NCBI RefSeq assembly: GCF_006345805.1 | Contig: NC_043010.1 | Location: 44,640,001 to 44,704,000, forward strand | Direction: 5' to 3' | Source: Octopus sinensis | Lineage: Eukaryota | DNA length: 64,000 bases | Shown here: positions 36,700 through 51,029 of the stretch, in pieces | Layout: the number at the start of each line of letters is the position of its first letter | How positions within the stretch are numbered: the first letter of the stretch is position 1 | The notes under the pieces: generated by a model | What the model saw: the letters and a program-made list of their open reading frames with translations, nothing else | The model's database searches: none | What the model was told of the DNA's origin: nothing | Program-made: the position numbers and the translations under genes

Positions 36700-38660
36700 G
36701 CTCTTTTACTCGTTTCAGCCATGTGGCTGTGGTCATGCTGGAGCACCACCATGGTCTTTCTGACCTCCCCAGTCTAAGTGTTTTACATCACCACTCCTGT
36801 ATGTGCCTTTGTCCCAGCTGTTGGGATATTCGGTGTATAAAGGAGTTTGATTCTGCTACCTTCGTCTGTATCTGGTCTTGAATTTAGATGGAGTGGATGG
36901 TACCTTTGGTACAATACAATGGCGAACAGGTCTCTCAATTGTATGATACTCAGTGCCAAAGTTAAGTACTAGTCCATATAGGATTTTCTATATGTATGTT
37001 ATTGCATATCTCTCACGCCTTCGTCCCAGGGAGTAAAGCTGTAGTTTTCTCAGCCTATCCCTATAGCTCATCTACCGCAGTGTTTCAATCTTTTTAGTGT
37101 AGTGGCGTTGGACTGCTTCAAGCTCCACTGTTAGTTTGGCACCATGTGGTGACCATAACTGGGAGCAGTAGTCCAGGCGGCTGAGAACAAAGGTTCTCCA
37201 CAGGGTCAACATAGTTTCTTGGTTGCTTGTCTTGAAGGACCTCAATATCCATCCTGCCATTTGTCTGCACTTTGCCACCATCTTGCTAATGTGCATATAA
37301 AATGATGCGTCATTGCACATACTGATCCCTGACTCTTTCACTGCCTGTGACTGGGATTGTAGTGCTTTCGTGTCCTGTAAATGTAGGTTGTACTGTATTC
37401 GTGAGTTGATAGTGCAGTGCTTGAAATTTTCCAGCATTAAACTGCATGTTGTTTACTTCAGCCCACTTGTATATTGAATTTAGGTACCACTTTAAGCTTC
37501 TGACATCATCTTGGTTTTTTTATTTCCTGTGATAATTTTGTATCATTGGCATAGTTAGAGAAAGTGGCTGTCCGAGTGACCGTGGGCATGCCTAAGAGGG
37601 CTATTATGAACAGTAATGGCCCCAGAACAGTTCCCTGGTTGACACCACTTAGGATTTGAGTTTCCTCGGAAAGGGCACCATTGGCTGCTACTACCTGACT
37701 TCTGTTTTTAAGGAAGTCATGTAGCCACTCTCTCAGTTTCCCAGCAATGCTAAGGTCTCGTAGCTTATGATTTATCATGCCATGATCTACCTTATCAAAT
37801 GCCTTTGTGAAGTCAAGGTATATTACACTGACATCTTAATGGTTAAAAAGCTGCTTCAAAACCCAGTCATAGTGCTGTAGGAGCTGTGTGAGGCAGCTTC
37901 TTCCTGGATGGAAGCCATGCTGTGTATTGTTCAGGAGGTAATTTTCTGCTCGGAACTTTATCAGCTTCTTTCTGATGATTTGCTCCATGACTCTACTGAT
38001 ATGTGAAGTCAGAGAGATTGGCCTGTAGTCTTTGGCCTCGACTCTGCTTCCATCTTTGTGGATAGGGCATATAATACCTTCTTTCAGCTTTTTAGGAAGT
38101 ATACTACTTGCAAGGAAACTTTGGAAAAGTATCTGAAGTGGTTTCGCTAGAGCCTGCTTACATGACTTTAGGAGAATAGCTGGGAAGTCATCAGGATCAG
38201 TGGCGGGGCATGAGTTCAGTTCATCCTTGGTAGCTGCTACGTCTGTTTCTTCAATGTTGATGTAATTGATGGCTGGCGCCTCCTTTTTTAGAGCTGCAAT
38301 ATCGAAGAATTTAGCCAGATTTTTTATCTGCATGTGTCCAAAGGGGGAAGTGAAGACACTTTTAAATTGTTCATTGAAATCTCACTTATCCTTCCTGGAT
38401 CCGTCATCAGTGAGTCATTCCCTTGGAACAACGGTCCTATTTTGTATTGTATTGTGGCTGTTTCCTTTGCGAATTTATAGAAAGCTTTGGGATTTGTTTT
38501 TATGCTTTCCACAGCCTTTTTCTCTCTCTCTGCTCTTTCTCTTTCACGAGAGAGTTTGATCTTGCTTTCTAGGAGTGTCCGTGTTAAGATAGACTTTTCT
38601 CTATCCTTCAGTTGCCTATTCAGCCACTTTGAGATCTTTGACCTGCTTTTTCTTCTTTCT
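36700..38660 (-). mobile_element. CR1-clade LINE fragment (RT to 3' tail)
   Basis: YRPISLTSHI, QHGFHPGRSC, QGTVLGPLLF, YANDTK and LDYCSQLWSP; 3' tail at 36705-36750. Confidence 0.9.
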
Positions 38661-39114
38661 AAAGGATATTTAGAAAGCAGAAACAAGCCGTATACAGAAG
38701 AGAAAAACCATCCAATTTCAACACAAAAAACAATAAAATTTTAGTAACAATCTTCCACCGGGGTTTCGAAACCGCAGTTCCAAATCACTACACAAACACA
38801 AGATGCTGATGTCACCTACCTCCAGTCCAGTGAAATTCCACAAACACCAGTTGCTGACGTCACATAATTCCAAACAAATCAAAACCGAACTTCAGCGAAT
38901 ACAACGAAAAGACCCTTTAAGAGAACCAACCAACCAGAGAACGACCTATAACTGTATCCGCAAGGAAATCAACCAAGCAGAACGACAAGCTTGACCATGG
39001 AAGAAAAACGTCATCAATCTTTTAACGAATCAAAATCAGATCCATTCGCAGAAAAAAATTTATAAATATATCTTTCCCTAAACATACCATTACAAGCGAA
39101 AGCGAAAGCAACGA

Positions 39115-39412
39115 GGGGGGAACCAGACTGTTGGAGTTCTGCAATGCAAATGATCTTATGGTTTGCAATACTAACTTCAGGAAACCTGCTAGTTATCTAG
39201 TCACCTACTGTTCTGGCAGACACATTAGCCAAATTGATTACATCCTCGCCAGAAAAAGGGAAAGATGGCTGCTTATAAATGCCAAAATTTTCCCAGGCGA
39301 AGAATGTAGCCCACAACATAGACTGGTAATTAGTGACTTCAGGATCAGAGCTAAGTGGATGCCCAGAAAACGACCAGCATGGAGGAGAAGGGTCTGGAAG
39401 CTGAAAGATCCT
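39115..39412 (+). mobile_element. RTE LINE endonuclease fragment
   Basis: EFCNANDLMVCNTNF, SQIDYIL and QHRLV. Confidence 0.8.
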
Positions 39413-39419
39413 ATCTATA

Positions 39420-40294
39420 ACTATTGAAAATGAAAATTATTCTATAAACTATTTAGATGTAAATTGTAACCTTAATACTGGACTCCATGAACCTTATGTA
39501 AAAGAAAACTCTAATTTAAGATATATAAATAATTCTAGTAACCATCCCCCACAAATAAAAAAAAAGCCTTACTACTTAATATAAGTAAAAGAATTTCAAA
39601 CCTATCTTCTAATGAAGATATATTTAATAAGCAAAAGGAAAAATACAATAAAGCATTAAAAAATGCAGGATATAAAGGTAAAATCAAATACCTCCATAAT
39701 AATATTAACTTTAATACACAAGATCGAATAATTACCTCCAACACACTTAGTTTAGACAAATATAACACTACCAAAGATAAAAATAAAAATAACAACAATA
39801 ATAATGAAAATAAAAAAAGAAATATTATAAAAAAGATAGGACAACCCATAATAAATAATAATAATAGACTGAATAACAACAACAATTATGATAACAATAA
39901 TGAAATCTTTAGTAATAGTAGAAATAATTATAACAAAAAGAATATTATTAGATATAAAAATTATAAAAATAAGAATAACAACAAAGAATTTACACATAAT
40001 ATCCCTTATAAGGAAAATAACGAGATATATACTTTATGGTTAATAATACCTTTCGCTATGCAAATAAAAAAATAACATAGTAAAATCTATTTTCGATTTA
40101 ATTAATAAACATTTTGAAAAAGGAAAGAACAAATATCGGGAGATAATATTAATAAAAAAAACAATAAGAATAGGATATAGTCTAACACATAACCTAGCTA
40201 CAATCATCTCCTCAATTAACCATAGAAAACATGATAATTTCTATCTAAGTAGAAAAAATAATATAAGTAATATAAGCATAAATACAATAATAAC

Positions 40295-40377
<83 letters not shown>

Positions 40378-41060
40378 TAATAATAATAATAATAGTAGTA
40401 GTAGCAGCAGTAGTAGTAGTAGTAGTAGTAGCAGTAGTAATAATAATAAGAATAATAATAATAATAACAGTAACAACGGAAGTCTAAATAATAATAATAA
40501 TACTAACATTAATGATCATAATAGTATAAGCAATGATAATATTATTCGGATAGACAATAGCCAGAGAAATAATAATAATATATTGACTGTTAACCCCAAT
40601 AGCATAAACCCTATACAACAACGCAGAAAGTGTAATTGTAGAATAAGTAATAATTGTGTATTTAATAATGACTGCATTAGAAAGGCGGTTGTACATCAAT
40701 ATATAGTAAGTACACAATATGATAGTAAGGTTTATGTGGGTGCGACGAAAAACAATATGAAACATATTTAATTATGACAGCCATACTTTTAGAAATAGAA
40801 ATAGGAGGAATTGTAACTGTATATGGGAACTTAAAGATAAGAAAATTAATTATATAATTTACACTGGAAAATATTAATATCGGCACTTGCAGAAAATAAA
40901 AAAAAATGTATATTATGCATTAATGAAATATTTTCTAATTAGGGCTAAAATTCCGCTTATTAACAATTTGAAGGAACGTAACGGTTGATTTCTTCATAAA
41001 ATTGGGTATACCTTCTCCAAATATCAATAGAACATAGTATTAAATTATCCCTACTGACTT
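39420..41060 (+). mobile_element. Penelope-like element (RT C-terminus, Asn-rich linker, Cys motif and GIY-YIG), degenerate
   Basis: YLDV...PYVKENSNLRYINNSSNHP, YNKALKNAGY and CNCRISNNC...C...VVHQYIV...VYVGAT; (AAT)n expansion at 40285-40500. Confidence 0.8.
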
Positions 41061-41129
41061 AACAGAAATTATTTAGAGTTAACAATTATTACTATTTTAT
41101 ATTAGGTTAATTGTGATGATTATGCAGTT

Positions 41130-41173
41130 ATATATATGTATATATATATGTGTATATATGTATATATGTATAT

Positions 41174-41257
<84 letters not shown>

Positions 41258-41940
41258 CACATATATATATGTATAAGGGTATATAAGGGTATATAATAAG
41301 TTAGGTATAATTAGATATATATATATATATATATATGTATATGTGAGTATTTATTACTATAGACATTACTTATGAAGTTGTATTTCATATCAATGTGTAT
41401 ATATTTGTATATATATATGTGTATATATGTATATATGTATATATATGTATATATATAATATATATATGTATATATGTATATAATATGTATATATATGTAT
41501 ATATATATATATATGTATACATATATATATTATATATGTATATATATGTATATATATATGTATATATATGTATATATGTATATATGTATATGTATATATA
41601 TGTAGATATATGTATATATGTATATATATGTATATATATATATATTATATATATATTATATATGTATATATATGTATATACATATATGTTATATATATAT
41701 GTATAATAGTATAAATAATATATAAATATACGTATATACATACATATATGTACATGCCTACATATATATGTATTATATACATGCTTATATGGGTACAGGA
41801 CATAAAAAAACGTTGAACAATATGATAAACGAAAACATAAAACAAAAACGTACAAACGAACTTCTTTTTCGAACAACGAAAACAAAAACAGAGAACCAGC
41901 CATAGAGACGATATGTATGTATATGTGTATCTATATATGT

Positions 41941-41971
<31 letters not shown>

Positions 41972-41981
41972 TATATATATA

Positions 41982-42033
<52 letters not shown>

Positions 42034-42062
42034 TATGTATATATAATATATATATATATATC

Positions 42063-42112
<50 letters not shown>

Positions 42113-42117
42113 GATAT

Positions 42118-42199
<82 letters not shown>

Positions 42200-42455
42200 C
42201 ACATATATATATGTATAAGGGTATATAAGGGTATATAATAAGTTAGGTATAATTAGATATATATATATATATATGTATATGTGAGTATTATTACTATAGA
42301 CATTACTTATGAAGTTGTATTTCATATCAATGTGTATATATTGTATATATATATGTGTATATATGTATATATGTATATATATGTATATATATAATATATA
42401 TATGTATATATGTATATATATATGTATATATATATGTATATATAATATATATATG

Positions 42456-42489
<34 letters not shown>

Positions 42490-42916
42490 TGTATATATAT
42501 ATGTATATATATGTATATATGTATATATGTATATGTATATATATATGTAGATATATGTATATATGTATATATATGTATATATATATATATGTATATATAT
42601 GTATATATATGTATATATATGTATATACATATATGTATATATATATGTATAATAGTATAAATAATATATAAATATACGTATATATACATACATATATGTA
42701 CATGCCTACATATATATGTATATATACATGCTTATATGGGTACAGGACATAAAAAAACGTTGAACAATATGATAAACGAAAACATAAAAACAAAAACGTA
42801 CAAACGAACTTCTTTTTCGAACAACGAAAACAAAAACAGAGAAACCAGCCATAGAGACGATATGTATGTATATGTGTATCTATATATGTATATATATATG
42901 TATGTATATATGTATA

Positions 42917-43000
<84 letters not shown>

Positions 43001-43004
43001 TATA

Positions 43005-43077
<73 letters not shown>

Positions 43078-43287
43078 ATATATATATAAATAGATGAGTC
43101 TATCGCTATACAAATCCATCATTTTTTGCTAAAATGTCGTATTGACGAGTTTCGTTTTTTTCACTTTCCCGAAGAGAAGATTGCATTGTTTATACCATTT
43201 ATTCTTTTGAATAGTATCAGTGGAATTTTCGAAACATGTGTCGAAAGTAAAAATATTTGTTTACACCTGCGTTAACTCCATTTTCTA

Positions 43288-43323
<36 letters not shown>

Positions 43324-43349
43324 TATATATATATTATATATATATATAT

Positions 43350-43393
<44 letters not shown>

Positions 43394-43400
43394 ATATATT
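41130..43400. repeat. (TA)n/(TATG) microsatellite field containing a ~940-bp tandem duplication
   Basis: Unique islands GTATAAGGGTATATAAGGG (41271, 42213) and GGGTACAGGACATAAAAAAACG (about 41790, about 42738) each occur twice. Confidence 0.85.
43163..43248 (+). ncRNA. Type I hammerhead ribozyme-like motif with an extended stem II (Penelope-associated)
   Basis: Stem I ACTTTC/GAAAGT; core CCGAAGA; stem II GAAGATT/AATTTTC; GAAAC-ATGT-GTC cleavage triplet. Confidence 0.65.
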
Positions 43401-43404
43401 TTTT

Positions 43405-44125
43405 GTTGTAGTTTCAGGTCATAGCAGCAGCCACGCTGATTCACCGCTGTTTTCTGTTTTGCTACACTGTTATTGCTGAGAGCCTCCTCCATTATATGGC
43501 ACATGATAAAGAATGGAGTTTGATGTAGCTACCCTCATTTTCACCTCCTGCCGTGAAGTAGGTTAATATAGTACTCTCGACAGGAAGATGTACAGCTTTG
43601 ATTTACAAACGTCTACATCTACTTTGTGCAGGTTCCTAAGGCTCTTTGGGAGAATATTAAAAACCGGTGAGCCACTGAAACCTAGGCTGTTGCAGTAGCT
43701 GGTCCTGAGGAGCGATGGCATTGCGAGGATCTTTGGAATTATGCAGTGTCGTCCCGTTCTGGCATTGGTGTAGCTTTCAATGTCAAAATTTGGCACAGTT
43801 CCTTCCAGGATCTACCAGGTATATACTACTGCATACCTCTCTCATCTCTCTCCAGGGAGAAGAGTCGTAACTGTTTCAGCCCTTCCCAGTAGCTGAGTAG
43901 TTGCAAAGAGGCAATCTTCTTTGTGAATCTTCTCTGGAATACTTCAAGGTCTGCTGTTAATTTAACACTGGTGGGTGACCACAACAGTAAGGAGTAATCC
44001 AGGCGGCTGAGGACGAATGTCTTCCAGAGGACCATCAGAGTTTCCTTATCTCTGGTTCTGAAAGTTCTCAGGATCCATCCAGCCAATCGTCTGCAATTTG
44101 TAGCCATCCTGGTAATGTGCACTTG
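43405..44125 (-). mobile_element. CR1 LINE 3' fragment
   Basis: AGWILRTFRTRD, LSYWEGLKQL and NARTGRHC. Confidence 0.88.
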
Positions 44126-44262
44126 TACATATGTATATATATATAAGGGTATATGTATATATTTATATGTATACATATATACGTATATATATATGACTAT
44201 TATGTGTATAGATATGTAAATATATACGTATATGTATATATATATGTATATATATATATATT

Positions 44263-44306
<44 letters not shown>

Positions 44307-44448
44307 GTATATATGTATATGTATAATATAAACATATATATGTATATATATATGTATATATATATATGTATATGTATATATATATACCGCGTGTGTACCG
44401 TTGGCAATTTTTTTCTCTCTCGTCCCTTCTTGGATCTTTCTTTTCTAT

Positions 44449-44483
44449 GTTTCTGATGAAGAGCTCCGCTTGAAACGTTAAAC
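44449..44483 (+). ncRNA. Minimal type I hammerhead motif in a Penelope-like module (44390-44580)
   Basis: GTTT-CTGATGA-A-GAGC-TCC-GCTT-GAAAC-GTT-AAAC; palindromic AACGTT stem III; module flanked by (TA)n. Confidence 0.65.
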
Positions 44484-44584
44484 CCTCCTTCTTTTCTTCT
44501 TTCCTGAGCGTCCAATAATACTATACTGTTCCACGTCCTCGCGTGTTGTGATTTCTCTGTGTTTTCATGTTGGATTAACTTTAA

Positions 44585-45409
<825 letters not shown>

Positions 45410-45410
<1 letters not shown>

Positions 45411-48098
45411 ACAAGCCATGTAGGCAAGTTTGAAGACTGCCTTATAAAAATAGAGGAAGTTCTAATCACATTAGAACAACACATAAGTGTACTTCTTATG
45501 GGAGACTTCAATCTACCCAATGTCAGATGGCCCGAGGGCCTTTCTCTCCCAGGAATGACAAGATGTGAACGAGGACAGGCGAGATCCCTCCTGAACCTCA
45601 TCAACACCCTGTACATACTCCAACCAACCAGGGCAGGTAATACACTGGATCTCTGCTTCACAAATAATATGGATCTCATCCATAATGTGAAAGTGACACC
45701 GACACTACTCTCGGATCACAACATGGTAGAGCTGACCATGTACGGGCCAAAGGAAAGCATGGACATGCAGCCTACAAGAAACCCTCAGAATCTTTCCAGC
45801 TTGAACTTCCATAAGGCAAACTGGAGACAAATTGAGAAAGAGATCCTCAAACAAAACTGGCCTGAATGTCTCTCCTCGCCAGACATCGACGTGAAACTTC
45901 AACAATTCATGTCTGTAATGCAAGCCATATGCTACAAATGTGTCCCAGAGAGAAAGGCCACTGTACACAAGAACAAAATCTCCAGAGAGAGGAAAATTTT
46001 AATGAGACGGCGTACAAAAATTTCAAATCGCCTAAACAAACAAATTGAAAGCAGTGAAAAGTCCCGCCTGAAAATAAAACTGTTGGAAATTGAAAAATGT
46101 CCCCAACTCTTCCATGAAAAGGAAAGAGTAGACAAAGAAGCCTGGGCTATAGACAACATAAAATCTAACCCCAGAGCTTTCTACAGGTATGCCAAAGAAA
46201 CAGCTACGGTGCACTGTAGGATAGGGCCACTCCTTGAAAAGGATGGCACACTCACAGGAAAACCAATGAGGGTAAATGAAATACTGAATGAGCAATTCAA
46301 GAGTGTTTTCACTCCACCCCTTGGGCATTTCCAAATCACCAATGCAACTGACTTCTTTACCACTGCAGATATAAAATCAGAGGCGGCGACGATAGATTAC
46401 ATCGATATAAAGGAAGACGATGTAATAAAGGCTATAGATGAAATGAAAACAGACTCAGCTACTGGCCCCGATGGATTCCCGGCAATCCTCCTAAAAGTAT
46501 GTAAGAGAGTTTGAGCAAGACCACTGCAGTTCCTCTTTCAGAGCTTCCTTGCAACTGGCAAACTTCCAAGAAAACTGAAGGAAGGTAAAATATGCCCTAT
46601 TCATAAAGGAGGTAGCAGAGCGGAGGCCAAGAACTACAGACCTATCTCTCTGACCTCACACATCAGCAAGGTCATGGAACGAATAGTCAGAAGGAAACTG
46701 ATCACCTTCCTTGAAGAAAATGACTTGCTGCCTGACACCCAACATGGTTTCCGACCAGGAAGAAGCTGCTTAATTCAGCTCCTACAACACTATGACTGGG
46801 TGCTGAAACGGCTGCTTAACCACTCAAATGTGGAAGTGATATATCTCGACTTTGCAAAGGCCTTTGATAAAGTCGATCATGGAATGATATGTCACAAACT
46901 GCGTGATCTTAGCATAGTTGGAAAACTGGGAGAATGGCTTCATGACTTTCTGAAGAATAGAAGTCAGGTGGTAGTAGCCAATCGTTACTTCCATTAACAC
47001 GCAAATAGTGAGCGGTGTTCCGCAGGGCACTGTTTTGGGACCACTACTGTTCATAATGGCCCTCTCAGACATGCCCTCAGCCACGCAGAGATCCACGATC
47101 ACAAGTTATGCAGATGATACAAAAGTTTCACAGGCAATACAGAACCCTGAGGACACTAAACATAATATACAATAATATACATAATAAACAAAATATACAA
47201 GTGGGCTGAAAAGAATAGCATGCAGTTCAATGCTGAAAAGTTTCAAGCTTTATGCTATTAGCATGCAAAACTAAATGCAATACCCAATGAATACACTGGA
47301 CCCGGAGGAATTGCAATCCCAGAGGCACAATCAGTGCGTGACCTGGGTATTTACATGAGTGATGACGCAACCTTTCGTGTACATGTTGCTAAATTGGCAA
47401 TGAAATGTAGACGACTGGCCGGATGGATTCTTAGAACCTTTAGAACAAGAGAACAAGAAACCATGATGGTCCTCTGGAGAACACTTGTCCTAAGCCACTT
47501 TGATTATTGCTCTCAGCTATGGTCACCATCCAGTGTCAAGTTGATCACAGAACTTGAGGCGATCCAACGTAGCTACACGAAGATAGCCTCTGTGCAGAAT
47601 ATAAGCTATTGGGAAAGACTCAAGAGATTAAAACTCTATTCCTTGGAGCGTAGGCGAGAAAGATATGCCATAATATACATCTGGAAGATCCTGGAAGGAC
47701 TTGTCCCAAACTTTGGCATCGAGAGTTACACAAATGCCAGAACTGGGCGCCACTGCATGGTGCCAAAGACTCCAAATTTGCCATCAAGATGTAGGACAAG
47801 ATACTGTGATAGCCTGGGCTTCCGAGGCCCACAGCTCTTCAATATCCTCCCGAAGAACCTAAGAGACATGCATGGGGTGGATGCAGATGTCTTTAAAATG
47901 AAACTGGATCTCTTCTTCTCAGGTATCCCAGATGAACCAACTTCACGGCAAGAGGTGCAGATGAGGGCAGCTGCATCGAACTCTCTCATGCACCAAATGG
48001 CAGTTGCTAAAAAGCATTCGTGAAGTAAAACCATGTAGCAACACCAAATGGCGGTGCCCCAGCATGGCTACAGCTCGTGAGCTGAAACTAGAATCAAT

Positions 48099-48102
<4 letters not shown>
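45410..48102 (+). mobile_element. CR1-clade LINE ORF2 (APE C-terminal half and RT) with intact 3' tail, 5'-truncated
   Basis: [62 protein letters not shown] and YWERLKRLKLYSLERRRERY; a few frameshifts. Confidence 0.93.
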
Positions 48103-48141
<39 letters not shown>

Positions 48142-48172
48142 TATATATCTACATATATATATATACATATAT

Positions 48173-48370
48173 GTGCAGGTGGCACGTAAAAAGCACCCAC
48201 TACACTCACGGAGTGGTTGGCGTTAGGAAGGGCATCCAGCTGTAGAAACATTGCCAGATAAGACTGGAGCCTGGTGCAGCCTTCTGGCTTCCCAGATCCC
48301 CGGTCGAACCGTCCAACCCATGCTAGCATGGAGAACGGACGTTAAACGATGATGATGATGATGATGATGA
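48173..48370 (+). mobile_element. RTE LINE 3' UTR copy with (TGA)n tail
   Basis: Near-identical reverse complement of 6168-6356. Confidence 0.8.
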
Positions 48371-48765
48371 CATATATCTACATATATATACATATATCTA
48401 CATATATATACATGTATCTAGCTATATCTCCATATATCTACATATATATACATATATTTACATATATATACATATATATACATATATACATATATCTACA
48501 TGCATATATATATATATATAAAAATATATATGTACATATATCTACATATATATACATATATCTACATATATATGCATATATTTAGACATATCTACATATA
48601 TATACATATATATATACATATATCTACATATATTTACATATATACACATATATATACATATATATATCTATATATGTATCTACCTATACCTACATATATC
48701 TACATATATCAACGTATATATATACATATATGTACATATATATGCATATATCTACATATAACTGC

Positions 48766-48796
<31 letters not shown>

Positions 48797-48798
48797 TA

Positions 48799-49088
48799 CA
48801 ACAAAATATTAAGGAATGACCCTGAGAGGTCGTTCAACTCACTTGAAAAGAGCAGCCAAACTCAAACCGCAAAAATAGTAGTAATTCTGAAAGCTAAAGG
48901 AGAAATAAAAACATTTATCCCTTTCAACTTTGTACCCTGCAAGGTTTCAACAATTTTTACGCAATCGAACTTAATTAAATTAAATTAAATCCGTTTACGA
49001 TTGGCTTGTTTCATCAGCAAAGTCAGTTTGGCTGCTCTTTTCAAGTGAGTTGAACGACCTCTCAGGGTCATTCCTTAATATTTTGTTG
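48799..49088. repeat. Perfect 64-bp inverted repeat with a 162-bp spacer
   Basis: 48799-48862 is the exact reverse complement of 49025-49088. Confidence 0.92.
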
Positions 49089-49384
49089 AATATATTATAT
49101 AGTCTGTGACTATTTCTATTTTCTCACTTGACCGCTGGTTGCAGAAAATTTTTCTTGAATGTTTCTTGAATTTTTTTGCTACCCTATATTGATAAATTAA
49201 TAATTTTTGACTAATTCTGAAATTGTATCAGCAGTTTATATTTGCTGCTGAGTAGTTGGCGCGGTTACGTTGGATTTCGAAAAATTAGGATATATACACT
49301 CGAATTCTTGAATTTTTCTTGAATTTTTTTGCTACCCTATATTGATATATATATATATATAATATATATAAATATTGATAAATA

Positions 49385-49431
<47 letters not shown>

Positions 49432-49540
49432 TATATATATATATAATATATATATCTACATATATCTACATATATATCTATTGTATATAACTAAATCTAT
49501 ATATTTACATATATGTAATCTACATATATATCTTCATATT

Positions 49541-49597
<57 letters not shown>

Positions 49598-49728
49598 TAT
49601 TATATATATATTTATATACATCTACATATATATCTACATATATATCCATCTTCATATAAATATATATATATACATATATATCTTCCTATATATCCATATA
49701 TATGTATATTATATATATATATATATAT

Positions 49729-49764
<36 letters not shown>

Positions 49765-49767
<3 letters not shown>

Positions 49768-50580
49768 GGAGTTTAACGGAGGTATAGTTCAAATATTTTA
49801 CTTCTGACACATGTTTCGAAGATTTCACTGATACTATTCAAAAGAATGAATGGTGTAAAGCAATGTAATCTTCTCTTGAGGGAAGTGAAGAAATGAAACT
49901 TGTCGATAAGACATGTTAACAGAAAATGATGGATATTTATAGTGATTTACTGAACGCTATTAATATTATTTGAAAAAAATGTTATATGATATAACGTCAG
50001 AAGTAGCCTATAGAAAGAGGAGGGATGTTTATTAGTGAATGTTAAATATAAAAAGAAAATTAATATTTAAATTATATATAATGATGGAGATTACTTATAT
50101 GAACTAAAGGTATGTTTTTGCCAATGTTTTCATCGGTATGCACGCTGTATAACCGTGTTTACTAGGGGATTTTTAGAAATAATAGTTCAGAATTACAGAG
50201 AAGACAGAATTCCTTGCTTTTGTCATAAGGTATCGAGATTGAGAGAATCAACCATTCTAAATTAAATTGTTCATTGTGGTCTTTTAGATCCCAAATTTAT
50301 TTACTGAGACCAGTACTGTTACGTTTATTCCTATTCCTAAATGTTGAGTAATGGGTAGAAATTCTTTTACATAACTGTAACGACGTGCTTCCAATGTAAA
50401 ATTGTTCTTTATTATGAGTAATGATTTTACACTGATATATAGAATTTTTAATTTTAAAGTTACTTGACATAAACTTAATTCTGTTGGAATTGACTTCAGA
50501 TACAATAACCTTGTTATTAATATTTCTAGAGGATGGATGACAACTCAGCACCGTCCACTGGACGGGGGGTGTATTGCTCG
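49765..50580 (-). mobile_element. Penelope-like element 3' part: GIY-YIG relic plus terminal repeat with hammerhead motif (49800-49886)
   Basis: IYQCKI...FYIGSTS...RISTH...STGLSK. The terminal module is homologous to 43095-43290; both ends lie in (TA)n. Confidence 0.8.
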
Positions 50581-50701
50581 TTATATAATGTATATATATA
50601 TATATATATATAGATATATATATATATATATATAGATATATATATATTTATATTATATATATATACTATATATATAGATATATATATATATATATATATA
50701 A

Positions 50702-50742
<41 letters not shown>

Positions 50743-50743
50743 C

Positions 50744-50783
<40 letters not shown>

Positions 50784-50944
50784 ACTAAAGATAATATATA
50801 TATTATATATATATATATATATATTATAGATGTATATATATAGATGTATATGTATATATATGTATATATATAGATGTATATATATATTACATATAATGTA
50901 TGTATATATACACAAATTATATATATATATATATATAATATATA

Positions 50945-51015
<71 letters not shown>

Positions 51016-51029
51016 AACTTAGATAAACT

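Noticed and set aside
38745-38790. GAAAC-CCCG-GT fragment on the minus strand as a further hammerhead
   Set aside because: The CUGANGA half and stem I cannot be found.
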